64,000 bases of DNA from Parcubacteria group bacterium (GTDB lineage Bacteria; Patescibacteriota; Minisyncoccia; Moranbacterales; UBA2206): positions 132,939 through 196,938 of the forward strand of contig JBAYLE010000001.1 of the NCBI GenBank assembly GCA_041664225.1, in the 5' to 3' direction. A program made the position numbers and the translations under genes. The notes beneath the pieces are model-generated. The model did not search any database. It had not been told where the DNA came from and worked only from the letters and a program-made list of their open reading frames with translations. This document shows positions 8,799 through 18,477 of this stretch, piece after piece (the first letter of the stretch is position 1; every line of letters begins with the position of its first letter).

Positions 8799-8953
8799 TA
8801 GCGCCTGAATTTTTTGTAGCCGTTAGTGACAATTTTTCAAAAAACACTACACGGCTCTTTTTTTGCCAAAAAGAGAATAAGCTGTGGATAAGTAGAAAGG
8901 ATAATGGCTTAAGCAAGCCATTTTTTTTGTTTTCAAAAAGCTTGAGGTTTGTG

Positions 8954-9016
8954 TTGACCGATGTATTGCGGTGGAGTAGAATAGAGACAAGTGATAAAAA
9001 AGTGGGGGAAAGTGGT
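8954..9016 (+). promoter_or_regulatory. dcw promoter with putative MraZ-binding repeats
   Basis: TTGACC-17-TAGAAT (8954-8982), plus (A)GTGG/AGTGA units at about 10-bp periodicity (8971, 8990, 9001, 9011). Confidence 0.7.
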
Positions 9017-9051
9017 AAATTAAAAATAAAACACTTCCCGCCTTTGGTTTT

Positions 9052-9486
9052 ATGCTCATCGGAGAATACCAACATTCTATTGATCCAAAAAAAAGATTGG
9101 CGGTACCAAGTAAATTTAGAAATGAGCTTAAGAACAAAGTTGTAGTGACGCGCGGTCTGGATAAATGTTTATTTGTTTATCCAATGAAAGTGTGGGAAGA
9201 GTTGGCTGGAAAATTGGGTACGCTTCCGGTGGGAGAAGCAGCGACGCGCAGTTTTATTCGTTTGATGCTGGCGGGCGCGACTGATGTTGAAGTTGACAAA
9301 CAAGGAAGAATTTTAATCCCAGATTATCTCAAAATTTATGCCGGGCTTAACAAAAATGTAATTGTGGCCGGAGTGTATAATCGTTTAGAAATTTGGGATG
9401 AAAAAAGGTGGGCGGTTTATAAAAAGAATGCTGAAAAAAATACGGATGAAATCGCGGAGCAACTTGGAAAATTGGGGGTATACTAA
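9052..9486 (+). CDS. mraZ: Division/cell wall cluster repressor MraZ
   Basis: GEYQHSIDPKKRL, DKQGRILIP, NRLEIWD. Confidence 0.97.
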   Translation: MLIGEYQHSIDPKKRLAVPSKFRNELKNKVVVTRGLDKCLFVYPMKVWEELAGKLGTLPVGEAATRSFIRLMLAGATDVEVDKQGRILIPDYLKIYAGLNKNVIVAGVYNRLEIWDEKRWAVYKKNAEKNTDEIAEQLGKLGVY

Positions 9487-9506
9487 AAATTTAAATTTGC
9501 AGACGA

Positions 9507-10451
9507 ATGATTACTCATAAGCCGGTTTTACTTTTAGAAAGCATAGCGGGACTTAATTTAAGAAAAGGAGCAACTATTGTGGACGCCACTCTGGGGGGAG
9601 GCGGACACAGTCGGGAAATTTTAAAAATAATTGGAAGAGGGGGCAGACTGATCGCGATTGATCAAGATAGGGCGGCGATAGAAAATTTCAATCCCGAGTA
9701 CTCGGGACAATTGCCGTCAGAAGTTGGTAACGTAGTTTTAGTTAAAGACAATTTTTCGAAACTAGAAAATATTTTGGGGGGCCAGGGAATAAAATCGGTG
9801 GATGGGATTTTAGCTGACCTCGGATATTCCTCGGCGCAACTGGAAGATGAAAGTTATGGAATGAGTTTTTTGAAAGACGCTGAACTTGATATGCGATTAG
9901 ACAAAGAAAATGCATTGACGGCTAAAAAAATCATCAATGAATATAGCCAAGCGGATTTGGAAAGAATAATCAGGGACTATGGGGAAGAGAAATTTGCAAA
10001 AAACATTGCCAAAAAAATAATTGAACGAAGAAAATCAGTTTCGATAGAAAAGACAATTGAATTAGCTGAGATTATCAATCAAGCAATTCCGGAAAGATAC
10101 AGGCATCAGAAAATTCATCCGGCTACACGAACATTTCAGGCGCTCCGTATCGAAGTGAACAAGGAATTGGAAAATCTCGAGAAATTTATTCCGGTGGCGA
10201 TCAATGTTTTGAGTCCGGGAGGCAGGTTAGCCATAATCTCATTTCATTCATTAGAGGACAGAATTGTTAAAAATATATTCAGGGAGAATGCTAGGGGATG
10301 CATTTGCCCGCCAGACTTTCCAAGTTGCCTTTGCGGGCATCAGGCGAAAGTAAAAATAATAACAAGAAAACCGATTGTTCCGGGCGCAGAAGAAATCGCA
10401 GAGAATCCAAGAGCAAGGAGCGCCAAGCTCCGGATCTGCGAAAAAATATAA
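9507..10451 (+). CDS. rsmH: 16S rRNA m4C1402 methyltransferase
   Basis: HKPVLL, DATLGGGGHS, LDMR, FQALRIEVN, SFHSLEDRIVK, NPRARSAKLR. Confidence 0.98.
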   Translation: MITHKPVLLLESIAGLNLRKGATIVDATLGGGGHSREILKIIGRGGRLIAIDQDRAAIENFNPEYSGQLPSEVGNVVLVKDNFSKLENILGGQGIKSVDGILADLGYSSAQLEDESYGMSFLKDAELDMRLDKENALTAKKIINEYSQADLERIIRDYGEEKFAKNIAKKIIERRKSVSIEKTIELAEIINQAIPERYRHQKIHPATRTFQALRIEVNKELENLEKFIPVAINVLSPGGRLAIISFHSLEDRIVKNIFRENARGCICPPDFPSCLCGHQAKVKIITRKPIVPGAEEIAENPRARSAKLRICEKI

Positions 10452-10466
10452 ACGCTTTGCGCTTGG

Positions 10467-10524
10467 AATTGCTTCACTCGCCCCAAATGAAAGTAAACTT
10501 TCGCTTGTGGGCTCGCTAGCAATT
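10467..10524. repeat. REP-like rod hairpin
   Basis: aattgct/agcaatt, gccc/gggc, gaaagt/actttc arms with cactc and tcgct internal loops. Confidence 0.55.
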
Positions 10525-10570
10525 ATAAAAACAAACAAACAAATTAATTTTCAGGGGGAACTGAAAATAA

Positions 10571-10969
10571 ATGTCAGTAGTTTTAGCCAGAAATTGGGGA
10601 AACAGCATTGCTGTTAAACGTAGAGCCGCGGCAGAAGGCAAGGTTTTTGTGTTGAAAAAATCAACGAGGCTTGCTGTTATGGATGGGCAGACCAGCCTCA
10701 ATGCGATTATTTTCGTGATGATCGGGTGCGTAATTTTTGCCGGAGCTGTTTATCTGTATCAGGTAAATAATATTACGATCAAGGGTTATGAGATCAAGGA
10801 AGTTGAAAATAAAATTAAAGATCTAGAGAAGGAAAGTCAAAAGCTCAAAATCAGGGAAGTGGAATCCAGGTCGATGTACAATATTGAAAAAGCCACGGAA
10901 GATCTTAATCTGGTAAATTCCGCTAACGTTTCTTACGTTGAAATGAAGGGCCCGATGGCCATGAAATAG
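10571..10969 (+). CDS. FtsL-like cell division protein
   Basis: Single TM helix plus coiled coil, located between rsmH and the PBP gene. Confidence 0.7.
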   Translation: MSVVLARNWGNSIAVKRRAAAEGKVFVLKKSTRLAVMDGQTSLNAIIFVMIGCVIFAGAVYLYQVNNITIKGYEIKEVENKIKDLEKESQKLKIREVESRSMYNIEKATEDLNLVNSANVSYVEMKGPMAMK

Positions 10970-11064
10970 CAGGCTTTAATTTTCGGATGCTTTAATTTAT
11001 CAGAAGGAGGTTCGGTTTCCCTCAGCCTTTGCAGACTGTAAGGCCCGAACCTTTATGAATTTAA

Positions 11065-12996
11065 ATGGCGAACTTGACCAAAAACAGAAACTATAAAATA
11101 GGGAGCAGGTGCGCGATGAAAAAAGACGGCGTTGAAGTTTGCAACAATCGCCGGATATCGGTGTTGCTATTTTTTATTTTAATAATAATAGTGGCTGTTA
11201 TTTTCAAATTATATTCTTTGCAAGTACTTTCTTATGATTCATACAAGGCCTTGGCGGATGGCCAGCACACCTTATTTCAGGAATTGGTGCCTAAGCGCGG
11301 AGAAATATTTTTGAAAGATAAAGACAATTTATATCCAGTGGCCGTGAATCGCGAGACTAAGATGGCTTACGCTGTGCCCAAAGAAATCGAAAATATTCCG
11401 GAAACGGCGCGCTCGGTGGCTGCTGCCTTGCAAGTTGACCAAAGTGAGATGATGGCTAGATTCAGTAAATCGGAAGATATGTATGAAGTCATAAAGCACA
11501 AGCTGGGTGATGAAGAGATTGAAAAGATAAACAATTTAAAATTGAAGGGAATCCATTTAGCGGATGAAAGCTACCGATATTATCCTTCCGGGGAATTGGC
11601 AGCGAACGTTCTGGGTTTTGTAGGCTGGAAAGATAATGATTTCGGCGGCAGATATGGGGCAGAAGCATATTTTGATTCGCGGTTGAAGGGGGAAGAGGGG
11701 GAGATAACGCAAAGCCGAGATGCCTCCGGCGGCGGTGTGTTGATAAGGGGCAAAAATTTAGTGCAAGCCAGGGATGGCGATAATGTCATACTCACGATTG
11801 ATCATAGCGTGCAATACGAAACAGAAAAGCTCTTGAAAGCCGCAATTGAAAAAAACAATGCGGATAGCGGCTCTATAATTGTTATGGAACCTCAGACCGG
11901 GCGTATCCTAGCGATGGCCAATTATCCCACATTTGATCCAAATAATTACACCCAGGTAGAAGACATCTCGGTTTACAGGAACACGGCGATAAGCGACGCA
12001 TATGAGAGCGGCAGTGTTTTCAAGGCGATAACTATGGCGGCTGGGCTGGATAACGGATCTGTCAACCCGGACGCGACTTACAAAGATACCGGAGTCGTTA
12101 AAGAGGCAGGATACACAATCCAAAATTCTGACAGAAAAGCCAACGGTATCCAGACAATGACCCAAGTTTTAGAAAAATCACTGAATACGGGGGTTATTCA
12201 CGTGGAGAAATTGGTGGGCAATAAAAATTTTGCAGACTATGTGAAACGCTTCGGTTTTGGAGAATCAACCGACGTTGATCTTGTAGGGGAAGCGAGTGGT
12301 AATTTAAACAATTTAAAAAATTTAAAAAGCAATATTCAATTCTTCACTTCCGCCTTTGGCCAGGGCATCACTGTTACGCCAATTCAGCTGGCGACTGCCT
12401 ATAGCGCCATAGCCAATGGAGGAGTTTTGATGAAACCGCAAATAGTTGATAGAATAGTGAATCCCAATGGAAGCGAAGAGAATTTTCAGCCACAGGAAGT
12501 CAGACGGGTTATCTCTGAAAAATCAGCAACTTTATTAGTACAAATGCTCCGAAGTGTGGTGACTATTGGACATGGGAAAAGGGCGGATGTGCCTGGATAT
12601 CTGGTGGCTGGGAAAACTGGAACCGCCCAGGTGGCTAGTTCTGAGGTTCGGGGCTATGTGGAAGGCATAAACATCGGATCGTTTGCCGGGTTTGCGCCAA
12701 TGAACAATCCGCGCTTTACTATTTTAGTCAGAGTCAATAATCCAAAAAGCGTTGATTGGGCAGAATCAAGCGCGGCGCCGGCTTGCGGGGAACTTATGAA
12801 ATTTTTATTGGATTATTACAATATAGAACCAACAGAACAATATACGCAGGCGGATTTGGATAAATTCAATATGACGCATAATCTAAGTGATTATTTTATC
12901 AAGAATCCGGACGATGATGAAAATCTGACTGTGAACGCGATAACCAATCCGACTTCTGCCAAAGCCGAAGATCCTAAGAAAAAAAAGAAGAAATAA
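11065..12996 (+). CDS. ftsI: Class B penicillin-binding protein (FtsI/PBP2 family)
   Basis: RGEI, RYYP, ESGSVFK (SxxK), SLN, KTGT; true start may be 11116. Confidence 0.9.
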   Translation: MANLTKNRNYKIGSRCAMKKDGVEVCNNRRISVLLFFILIIIVAVIFKLYSLQVLSYDSYKALADGQHTLFQELVPKRGEIFLKDKDNLYPVAVNRETKMAYAVPKEIENIPETARSVAAALQVDQSEMMARFSKSEDMYEVIKHKLGDEEIEKINNLKLKGIHLADESYRYYPSGELAANVLGFVGWKDNDFGGRYGAEAYFDSRLKGEEGEITQSRDASGGGVLIRGKNLVQARDGDNVILTIDHSVQYETEKLLKAAIEKNNADSGSIIVMEPQTGRILAMANYPTFDPNNYTQVEDISVYRNTAISDAYESGSVFKAITMAAGLDNGSVNPDATYKDTGVVKEAGYTIQNSDRKANGIQTMTQVLEKSLNTGVIHVEKLVGNKNFADYVKRFGFGESTDVDLVGEASGNLNNLKNLKSNIQFFTSAFGQGITVTPIQLATAYSAIANGGVLMKPQIVDRIVNPNGSEENFQPQEVRRVISEKSATLLVQMLRSVVTIGHGKRADVPGYLVAGKTGTAQVASSEVRGYVEGINIGSFAGFAPMNNPRFTILVRVNNPKSVDWAESSAAPACGELMKFLLDYYNIEPTEQYTQADLDKFNMTHNLSDYFIKNPDDDENLTVNAITNPTSAKAEDPKKKKKK

Positions 12997-12999
12997 ATT

Positions 13000-14301
13000 A
13001 TGTCAAAATTGAAGTTGTTGCAAAAAATGCTACGAATCATGGCAATCTTGGTGTTAAAAAAGTATGATCCCAAGATTGTCAGCGTGACCGGTTCGGTCGG
13101 AAAAACTTCCACCAAGGAGGCTATTTTTACAGTGCTAGCCAGCCAGTTCAGGGTCAGGAGAAATGAAAAAAATTATAACAATGAGATTGGGATTCCGTTG
13201 ACCATCATCGGCGCCAGCAGCGGGCAGAGCTCATTTCTCGGATGGCTGGGAGTTTTTTTGAAATGGATCGGGGTTATGATTTCACCCTTGGAATATCCGG
13301 AAATATTAATCTTGGAAATGGGCGCAGACCGTCCCGGCGATATCGAATATTTGACCGGCTTTATCAAATCGGATGTCGGTATCATAACGGATGTGTCTCC
13401 CAGCCATATTGAATTTTTTAAAAGCTTAGAAGAAATCAGCAAAGAAAAAGGGACGTTAGTCAAAAAGTTGGATGAAAAAAGTTTAGCAGTCATCAATATA
13501 GATAATTCTAACGTCGCCAAACTTAAAGAACAAATAAGGGCCAATCTATTAACAATCGGTTTTTTGGAGGAAGCTGAAATGCGCGCGACTGATCCGGCTT
13601 TTGTATACGCGGATGAAAATAATCATGATATCAAGGGCCTGAGTTTTAAGCTTAATTATAAAGGCACGACCATACCGGTGCGTTTGAATAATGTTTTAGC
13701 CAAGCATCAGATTTACCCGGCTCTGGCCGCCGCCGCTACGGGTATTTGGTTCCAGCTCAATCTGGTGGAAATCGCAGCGGCGCTGGAAAATTTTGCGTCG
13801 CCATGCGGACGACTGAATCTGATTTCGGGGATAAAAAATTCTTTGATTATTGACGATACGTATAATTCTTCGCCCACTTCCGCAATTGCCGCCTTGGATG
13901 TTCTGAAAGAAATAAAGGACAAAAGAAAAATTGTGGTTATGGGAGACATGTTGGAATTGGGCGCGGAAACTGAAAGGGGACACAGAAATATCGCGAAAAA
14001 ATTTCTGGAAGTTAAGGGTAATATTTTCTTGGGGGTCGGGCAGAGGATGCAGTTTGCGATTGAAGAAATTTCCAAACATAATTTTCCCAAAGACAATATA
14101 TTTTCATTTTGTAATCCGATGGAAGCCGGTAAAAAATTACAGGAAATCGTCCAGCCTGAAGATCTGATTCTAATCAAAGGTTCACAAGGCATGCGTATGG
14201 AAAAAGTGGTGGAAGAAGTCATGGCTCAGCCGCAGAAAGCCGACGAACTGCTGTGCCGGCAGAATGAGGAATGGAGAAATATTCCATTCAAGGAGGTATA
14301 A
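13000..14301 (+). CDS. murF: UDP-MurNAc-tripeptide--D-Ala-D-Ala ligase
   Basis: TGSVGKTSTKE, NNEIGIP, EMGAD, DDTYNSSP, GDMLELG, KGSQGMRME. Confidence 0.93.
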   Translation: MSKLKLLQKMLRIMAILVLKKYDPKIVSVTGSVGKTSTKEAIFTVLASQFRVRRNEKNYNNEIGIPLTIIGASSGQSSFLGWLGVFLKWIGVMISPLEYPEILILEMGADRPGDIEYLTGFIKSDVGIITDVSPSHIEFFKSLEEISKEKGTLVKKLDEKSLAVINIDNSNVAKLKEQIRANLLTIGFLEEAEMRATDPAFVYADENNHDIKGLSFKLNYKGTTIPVRLNNVLAKHQIYPALAAAATGIWFQLNLVEIAAALENFASPCGRLNLISGIKNSLIIDDTYNSSPTSAIAALDVLKEIKDKRKIVVMGDMLELGAETERGHRNIAKKFLEVKGNIFLGVGQRMQFAIEEISKHNFPKDNIFSFCNPMEAGKKLQEIVQPEDLILIKGSQGMRMEKVVEEVMAQPQKADELLCRQNEEWRNIPFKEV

Positions 14302-14323
14302 TATTTTCTTGTTTTGTTTTTAT

Positions 14324-14345
14324 GCCCGCGCTTTGCGGGTTTTTG
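14324..14345 (+). terminator. Terminator after murF
   Basis: gcccgcg-ctt-tgcgggt followed by a T-run. Confidence 0.65.
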
Positions 14346-14389
14346 ATATTTCAGCTAAAATAAGCCTATGTAATTTATAAGTTTTTGTT

Positions 14390-15457
14390 ATGGGAAAGTT
14401 GGTTGAGCTCGAAGATTTCAAGAAGAAAATTGATATTGAAATTGAGAAGTATTTAAATCGGATTATTCATGAAACAAAAAAGCGTGATGCCTTAATGGCG
14501 GAAGCGGTTAAATATGTAAAGAAAATGACATTGGCTGGAGGCAAAAGGCTCCGCCCAACTCTTATGTATTATGGTTATCTTGCAGCCAATGGCAAAGAAA
14601 AAGAGAAAATGATCAAAGCCGCGGTGAGTATCGAGCTCATTCATATGTTTTTACTGATTCATGATGACATTATGGATCAGGATGATAAGCGACATGGCCT
14701 AGATACCTTGCATATTAAATATAAAAAATTAGGCAAGAGAATTTTCAAAAATAGGGGCCTAGATCATTTTGGCAATTCGATGGCCATCATTATTGGCGAT
14801 ATGGTAGGAGCATTGGGCAATCAGATAATTTTTGAATCGCAGTTCAAGGCGGAACTGGTTATACGGGCGCTTGCTAAGCTACAATCTATTGTTTCGATGA
14901 CGGTCATTGGTCAGTCGCAAGATTTGTACATTGAATACAGAGGTCGGGCCAGTGAGAAAGAAATTCTGTCTATGTATGAAAACAAAACTGCCAAATATAC
15001 AGTGGAGGGTCCATTACATCTGGGCGCGATTTTGGGCGGAGCTCCGGAAGCGGTAACTGCTGGCCTGAGCCGTTATGCTATTCCGCTCGGTATTGCCTTT
15101 CAGATCCAGGATGATATCCTGGGAGTTTTTGGGCATGAAGAAAAATTGGGGAAAAAAATTGGAGCGGATATTATTGAAGGCAAGCAAACGCTGCTAGTGG
15201 CCAGAGCCAAAAACAAGGCTAACGCCAAACAACAAAAAATTTTAAATGAACTTTTGGGCAAGAAAAATTTAACCGGAAATGATATAAAAGATTTTCAAGA
15301 TGTCTTGAAAGAAACCGGCTCGCTCGATTATGCGAAAAATTTATCCTACGAGCTTGTTCTAAGGGCCAAGCGCGAACTTCAAAAAATTAAAATAAATCCA
15401 GAAGCTAAAAATTTTTTGAATGACATTGCCGACTATATGATTGAAAGGGAACTATAG
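14390..15457 (+). CDS. Polyprenyl (FPP/GGPP-type) diphosphate synthase
   Basis: GGKRLRP, HDDIMD first Asp-rich motif, KTAKY, FQIQDDIL, DIIEGK. Confidence 0.93.
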   Translation: MGKLVELEDFKKKIDIEIEKYLNRIIHETKKRDALMAEAVKYVKKMTLAGGKRLRPTLMYYGYLAANGKEKEKMIKAAVSIELIHMFLLIHDDIMDQDDKRHGLDTLHIKYKKLGKRIFKNRGLDHFGNSMAIIIGDMVGALGNQIIFESQFKAELVIRALAKLQSIVSMTVIGQSQDLYIEYRGRASEKEILSMYENKTAKYTVEGPLHLGAILGGAPEAVTAGLSRYAIPLGIAFQIQDDILGVFGHEEKLGKKIGADIIEGKQTLLVARAKNKANAKQQKILNELLGKKNLTGNDIKDFQDVLKETGSLDYAKNLSYELVLRAKRELQKIKINPEAKNFLNDIADYMIEREL

Positions 15458-15482
15458 GCAGTTTGTAGTTTTTAGATTAATT

Positions 15483-16538
15483 ATGATTAAGAGGAGAAAA
15501 ACCAAGAAAATTAAAGTCGGAGACATTTTTATCGGCGGGGATAACCCGATTGCTGTGCAATCCATGTGCAATACCGATACGCGCGATGTCAAAAAAACCG
15601 TGGTGCAGATCAAACAGTTGGAAAAAGCCGGCTGTGAAATTGTGCGGCTGGCTATTCCGGACATGGTTGCGGCTAAGGCCATAGGAAAAATAAAAAAACA
15701 AATAAAAATTCCTTTGGTCGCTGACATTCATTTTTCAGCTGATTTAGCACTGGAGGTAATGCGGCAGGGAATTGATAAGTTACGAATAAATCCGGGCAAT
15801 ATCGGTTCAATCGATAAGATAAAAATGGTTGTCTGGGAAGCAAAAAAAAGGAAAATTCCAATCCGCATCGGTATCAATAGCGGTTCGCTCGGAAAAGAAA
15901 TTTTGAAAAAATACAGGGGCAAAGTGACGGCGGAAGGCATGGTGGAGTCAGCGATGCGGCACATCAAGATTCTGGAAAAATTAAAATTTTACGATATCGC
16001 GGTTTCGCTTAAGGCTTCAGATATCGAACGGACAGTCGAAGCTTATAAATTATTATCCAAAAAAACAAAATATCCGCTGCATATCGGCATCACCGAAGCC
16101 GGAACTATTTTTCGCGGTACGATCGTGTCGTCAATCGGCCTGGGCCATCTTTTATACAATGGTATTGGGGATACGATCCGGGTTTCCTTGACGGCAGATC
16201 CAGTGGAAGAAGTGCGGGTGGCTTGGGAAATTTTGAAATCGCTTGGCTTGCGGAAAAGAGGGGTTACGGTGACAAGTTGCCCGACTTGCGGCCGAACTGA
16301 AATTGATCTGATAAGCTTAGCTAAACAGGTGGAAGCAGAAATGGCTAATTTTAACAAAGATATACATGTGGCCGTGATGGGTTGTGTGGTAAATGGACCA
16401 GGTGAAGCTCGAGAAGCTAATCTGGCTATCATTGGGGGAAAAAAAGCCGGATTAATCATGAAGAATGGCGAAATACTAAAGAAGGTCGATGAAAATAAAT
16501 TACTAGCGGAATTTTTGAAAGAAGTGAAAAAATATTAG
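15483..16538 (+). CDS. ispG: HMBPP synthase (MEP pathway)
   Basis: VQSMCNT, ADIHF, RINPGNI, GDTIRVSL, SCPTCGR, MGCVVNGPGEA. Confidence 0.97.
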   Translation: MIKRRKTKKIKVGDIFIGGDNPIAVQSMCNTDTRDVKKTVVQIKQLEKAGCEIVRLAIPDMVAAKAIGKIKKQIKIPLVADIHFSADLALEVMRQGIDKLRINPGNIGSIDKIKMVVWEAKKRKIPIRIGINSGSLGKEILKKYRGKVTAEGMVESAMRHIKILEKLKFYDIAVSLKASDIERTVEAYKLLSKKTKYPLHIGITEAGTIFRGTIVSSIGLGHLLYNGIGDTIRVSLTADPVEEVRVAWEILKSLGLRKRGVTVTSCPTCGRTEIDLISLAKQVEAEMANFNKDIHVAVMGCVVNGPGEAREANLAIIGGKKAGLIMKNGEILKKVDENKLLAEFLKEVKKY

Positions 16539-16595
16539 TAATTTGGAGTCAATTTTGTAGTTGCTTTTTTATCGTTTTCAAGTTAAAATTTGTTT

Positions 16596-17309
16596 ATGTC
16601 AAATCAAATCACAAGTATTCCTAAACATGTTGCCATAATTCCTGACGGCAATCGGCGTTGGGCAAAAAATAATGGATTGAAGCCTTGGGAGGGCCATGAA
16701 GAGGGCGCCAAAAACACAGAAAAATTGGTCAGATTTGCTCTGGAAAATGGAATCGATTGCATTACGTTCTGGGGTTCCTCGCTGGATAATCTAACTAAAA
16801 GGCCCCTGAGAGAAAGGCAGGCGCTTTTGGATATTTATTCGCGATATTTCGAAAAATTGATAGGGGGTAAGGAAATACACGAGCAGGAAGCGCGGATAAA
16901 TATTATTGGCCGGTGGGAAGAACAACTTCCGGAATCATTAAAAAAAATTTTAAAAGAGGGCATAGAAAAGACCAAAAATTATAAAAAGAAAATTTTGAAT
17001 TTCATGCTGGCTTATGATGGCGACGATGAAATGATTCGGGCCATCCAAAATATCATAGATAATTGCGAAAAGGGAATGGAGATAACCGCGGAAGTCGTCA
17101 AGGAAAATCTGATGACCAAGGATATCCCCGCAGTGGATTATTTGATCAGGACTGGCGGAGAACCGCATTTAAGCGCCGGATTTATGATGTGGGACACGGC
17201 AGACGCCCAGTTGTATTTTTCTGAGAAGATGTATCCCGATTTCGGAACTTCGGAATTTCAAGAAGCATTGGAAGAATACGCGAGGAGACAAAGAAGGTTC
17301 GGAGTATAA
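16596..17309 (+). CDS. uppS: Undecaprenyl diphosphate synthase
   Basis: PKHVAIIPDGNRRWA, DYLIRTGGE. Confidence 0.95.
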   Translation: MSNQITSIPKHVAIIPDGNRRWAKNNGLKPWEGHEEGAKNTEKLVRFALENGIDCITFWGSSLDNLTKRPLRERQALLDIYSRYFEKLIGGKEIHEQEARINIIGRWEEQLPESLKKILKEGIEKTKNYKKKILNFMLAYDGDDEMIRAIQNIIDNCEKGMEITAEVVKENLMTKDIPAVDYLIRTGGEPHLSAGFMMWDTADAQLYFSEKMYPDFGTSEFQEALEEYARRQRRFGV

Positions 17310-17334
17310 ATCGTAAAATAAATTTTGTAATATT

Positions 17335-18447
17335 ATGAAAAAATACCTGCTTTTGACACTGCTGGTTCTAATTTTTCCAGCTTTAGTTTTTGCTCAGACG
17401 GAAAAGAAGAAGGCCATTTATTTTTATAGCAATACCTGCCCGCATTGCCTGCGCGTTGAAAAATATTTTGAAGACAATGGAATTTTTGAAAAATATGACA
17501 TTAAAAAAATCGAAACAAGTTCTGCGAAAGAGTTCGATTATCTCAATGAGTTTTTTGATGCTTTCGGCATAGTCGCGGACAAACGGGGATATCCAGTTGT
17601 TTTTTTTGATGACAAAATAATTATCGGAGACCAGCCGATCATTGATAGTTTTGTCAGTGAAATTGAAACGGTTGCTGCCGCAGACTTTCCAGATCCGGTT
17701 TCTTTAAAAAAAAGTTTTTCGGAGCAGAATAACAATGATGTCAATAGCGCGATAAAGGAGGACAAAGAAACATCAGTGGCCATCCCCGTTCTTTTGGGAG
17801 CAGCGCTTGTTGATGCAATAAACCCGTGTGCTTTTGCGGTTCTTATTTTGCTTGTTGCTACAATTATCGCATCTCAAAGCAGAAAAAAAGCCCTGTTGGC
17901 CGGACTTCTTTTTTCTTTTTCAGTTTTTATCTCCTATTTTTTAATGGGGCTTGGTCTTTACAGCGCTATTGGGGCGTTTAATCTGCCTAAAATAATTTCA
18001 ATTATCGTAGGAATCGTCGCGATTATTTTGGGGCTGGCCAATTTGAAAGATTTTTTCTGGTACGGAAAAGGTTTTGTTATGGAGGTTCCCTTTAGCTGGA
18101 GGCCGAGACTCCAGTCTTTGATAAAAGGAGTGACTAGCCCGATTGGAGCTTTTGGAACAGGATTTTTGGTAAGCCTATTTTTGCTTCCTTGCACAAGCGG
18201 ACCGTATCTGGTTATTTTAGGACTTATGGCGAAAAAGACGGAAATGGCGAAAGCCGTTTCCCTTCTGCTCTTATACAACATTATCTTTATCATGCCCATG
18301 ATTATCATAACCCTCGCTATGTATTTGGGGGTAAGGGCGAAGAAGCTGGAGGAATTTCGCCAAAAAAATATCAAAGTTTTGCATTTAATCGCTGGCGCAG
18401 TGATGCTTTTTATTGGGGTGTATCTTCTGTATGAATGGCTTAAATAA
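17335..18447 (+). CDS. Glutaredoxin-like domain fused to a CcdA/DsbD-type membrane domain
   Basis: Signal peptide, CPHC motif, DAINPCAF and LPCTSGPY membrane cysteines. Confidence 0.85.
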   Translation: MKKYLLLTLLVLIFPALVFAQTEKKKAIYFYSNTCPHCLRVEKYFEDNGIFEKYDIKKIETSSAKEFDYLNEFFDAFGIVADKRGYPVVFFDDKIIIGDQPIIDSFVSEIETVAAADFPDPVSLKKSFSEQNNNDVNSAIKEDKETSVAIPVLLGAALVDAINPCAFAVLILLVATIIASQSRKKALLAGLLFSFSVFISYFLMGLGLYSAIGAFNLPKIISIIVGIVAIILGLANLKDFFWYGKGFVMEVPFSWRPRLQSLIKGVTSPIGAFGTGFLVSLFLLPCTSGPYLVILGLMAKKTEMAKAVSLLLLYNIIFIMPMIIITLAMYLGVRAKKLEEFRQKNIKVLHLIAGAVMLFIGVYLLYEWLK

Positions 18448-18477
18448 TTAACTAGTAATTAATTTTTATATAAAGTT

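Noticed and set aside
6153-8893. Replication origin
   Set aside because: DnaA boxes are single and dispersed, with no dnaA/dnaN or box cluster.
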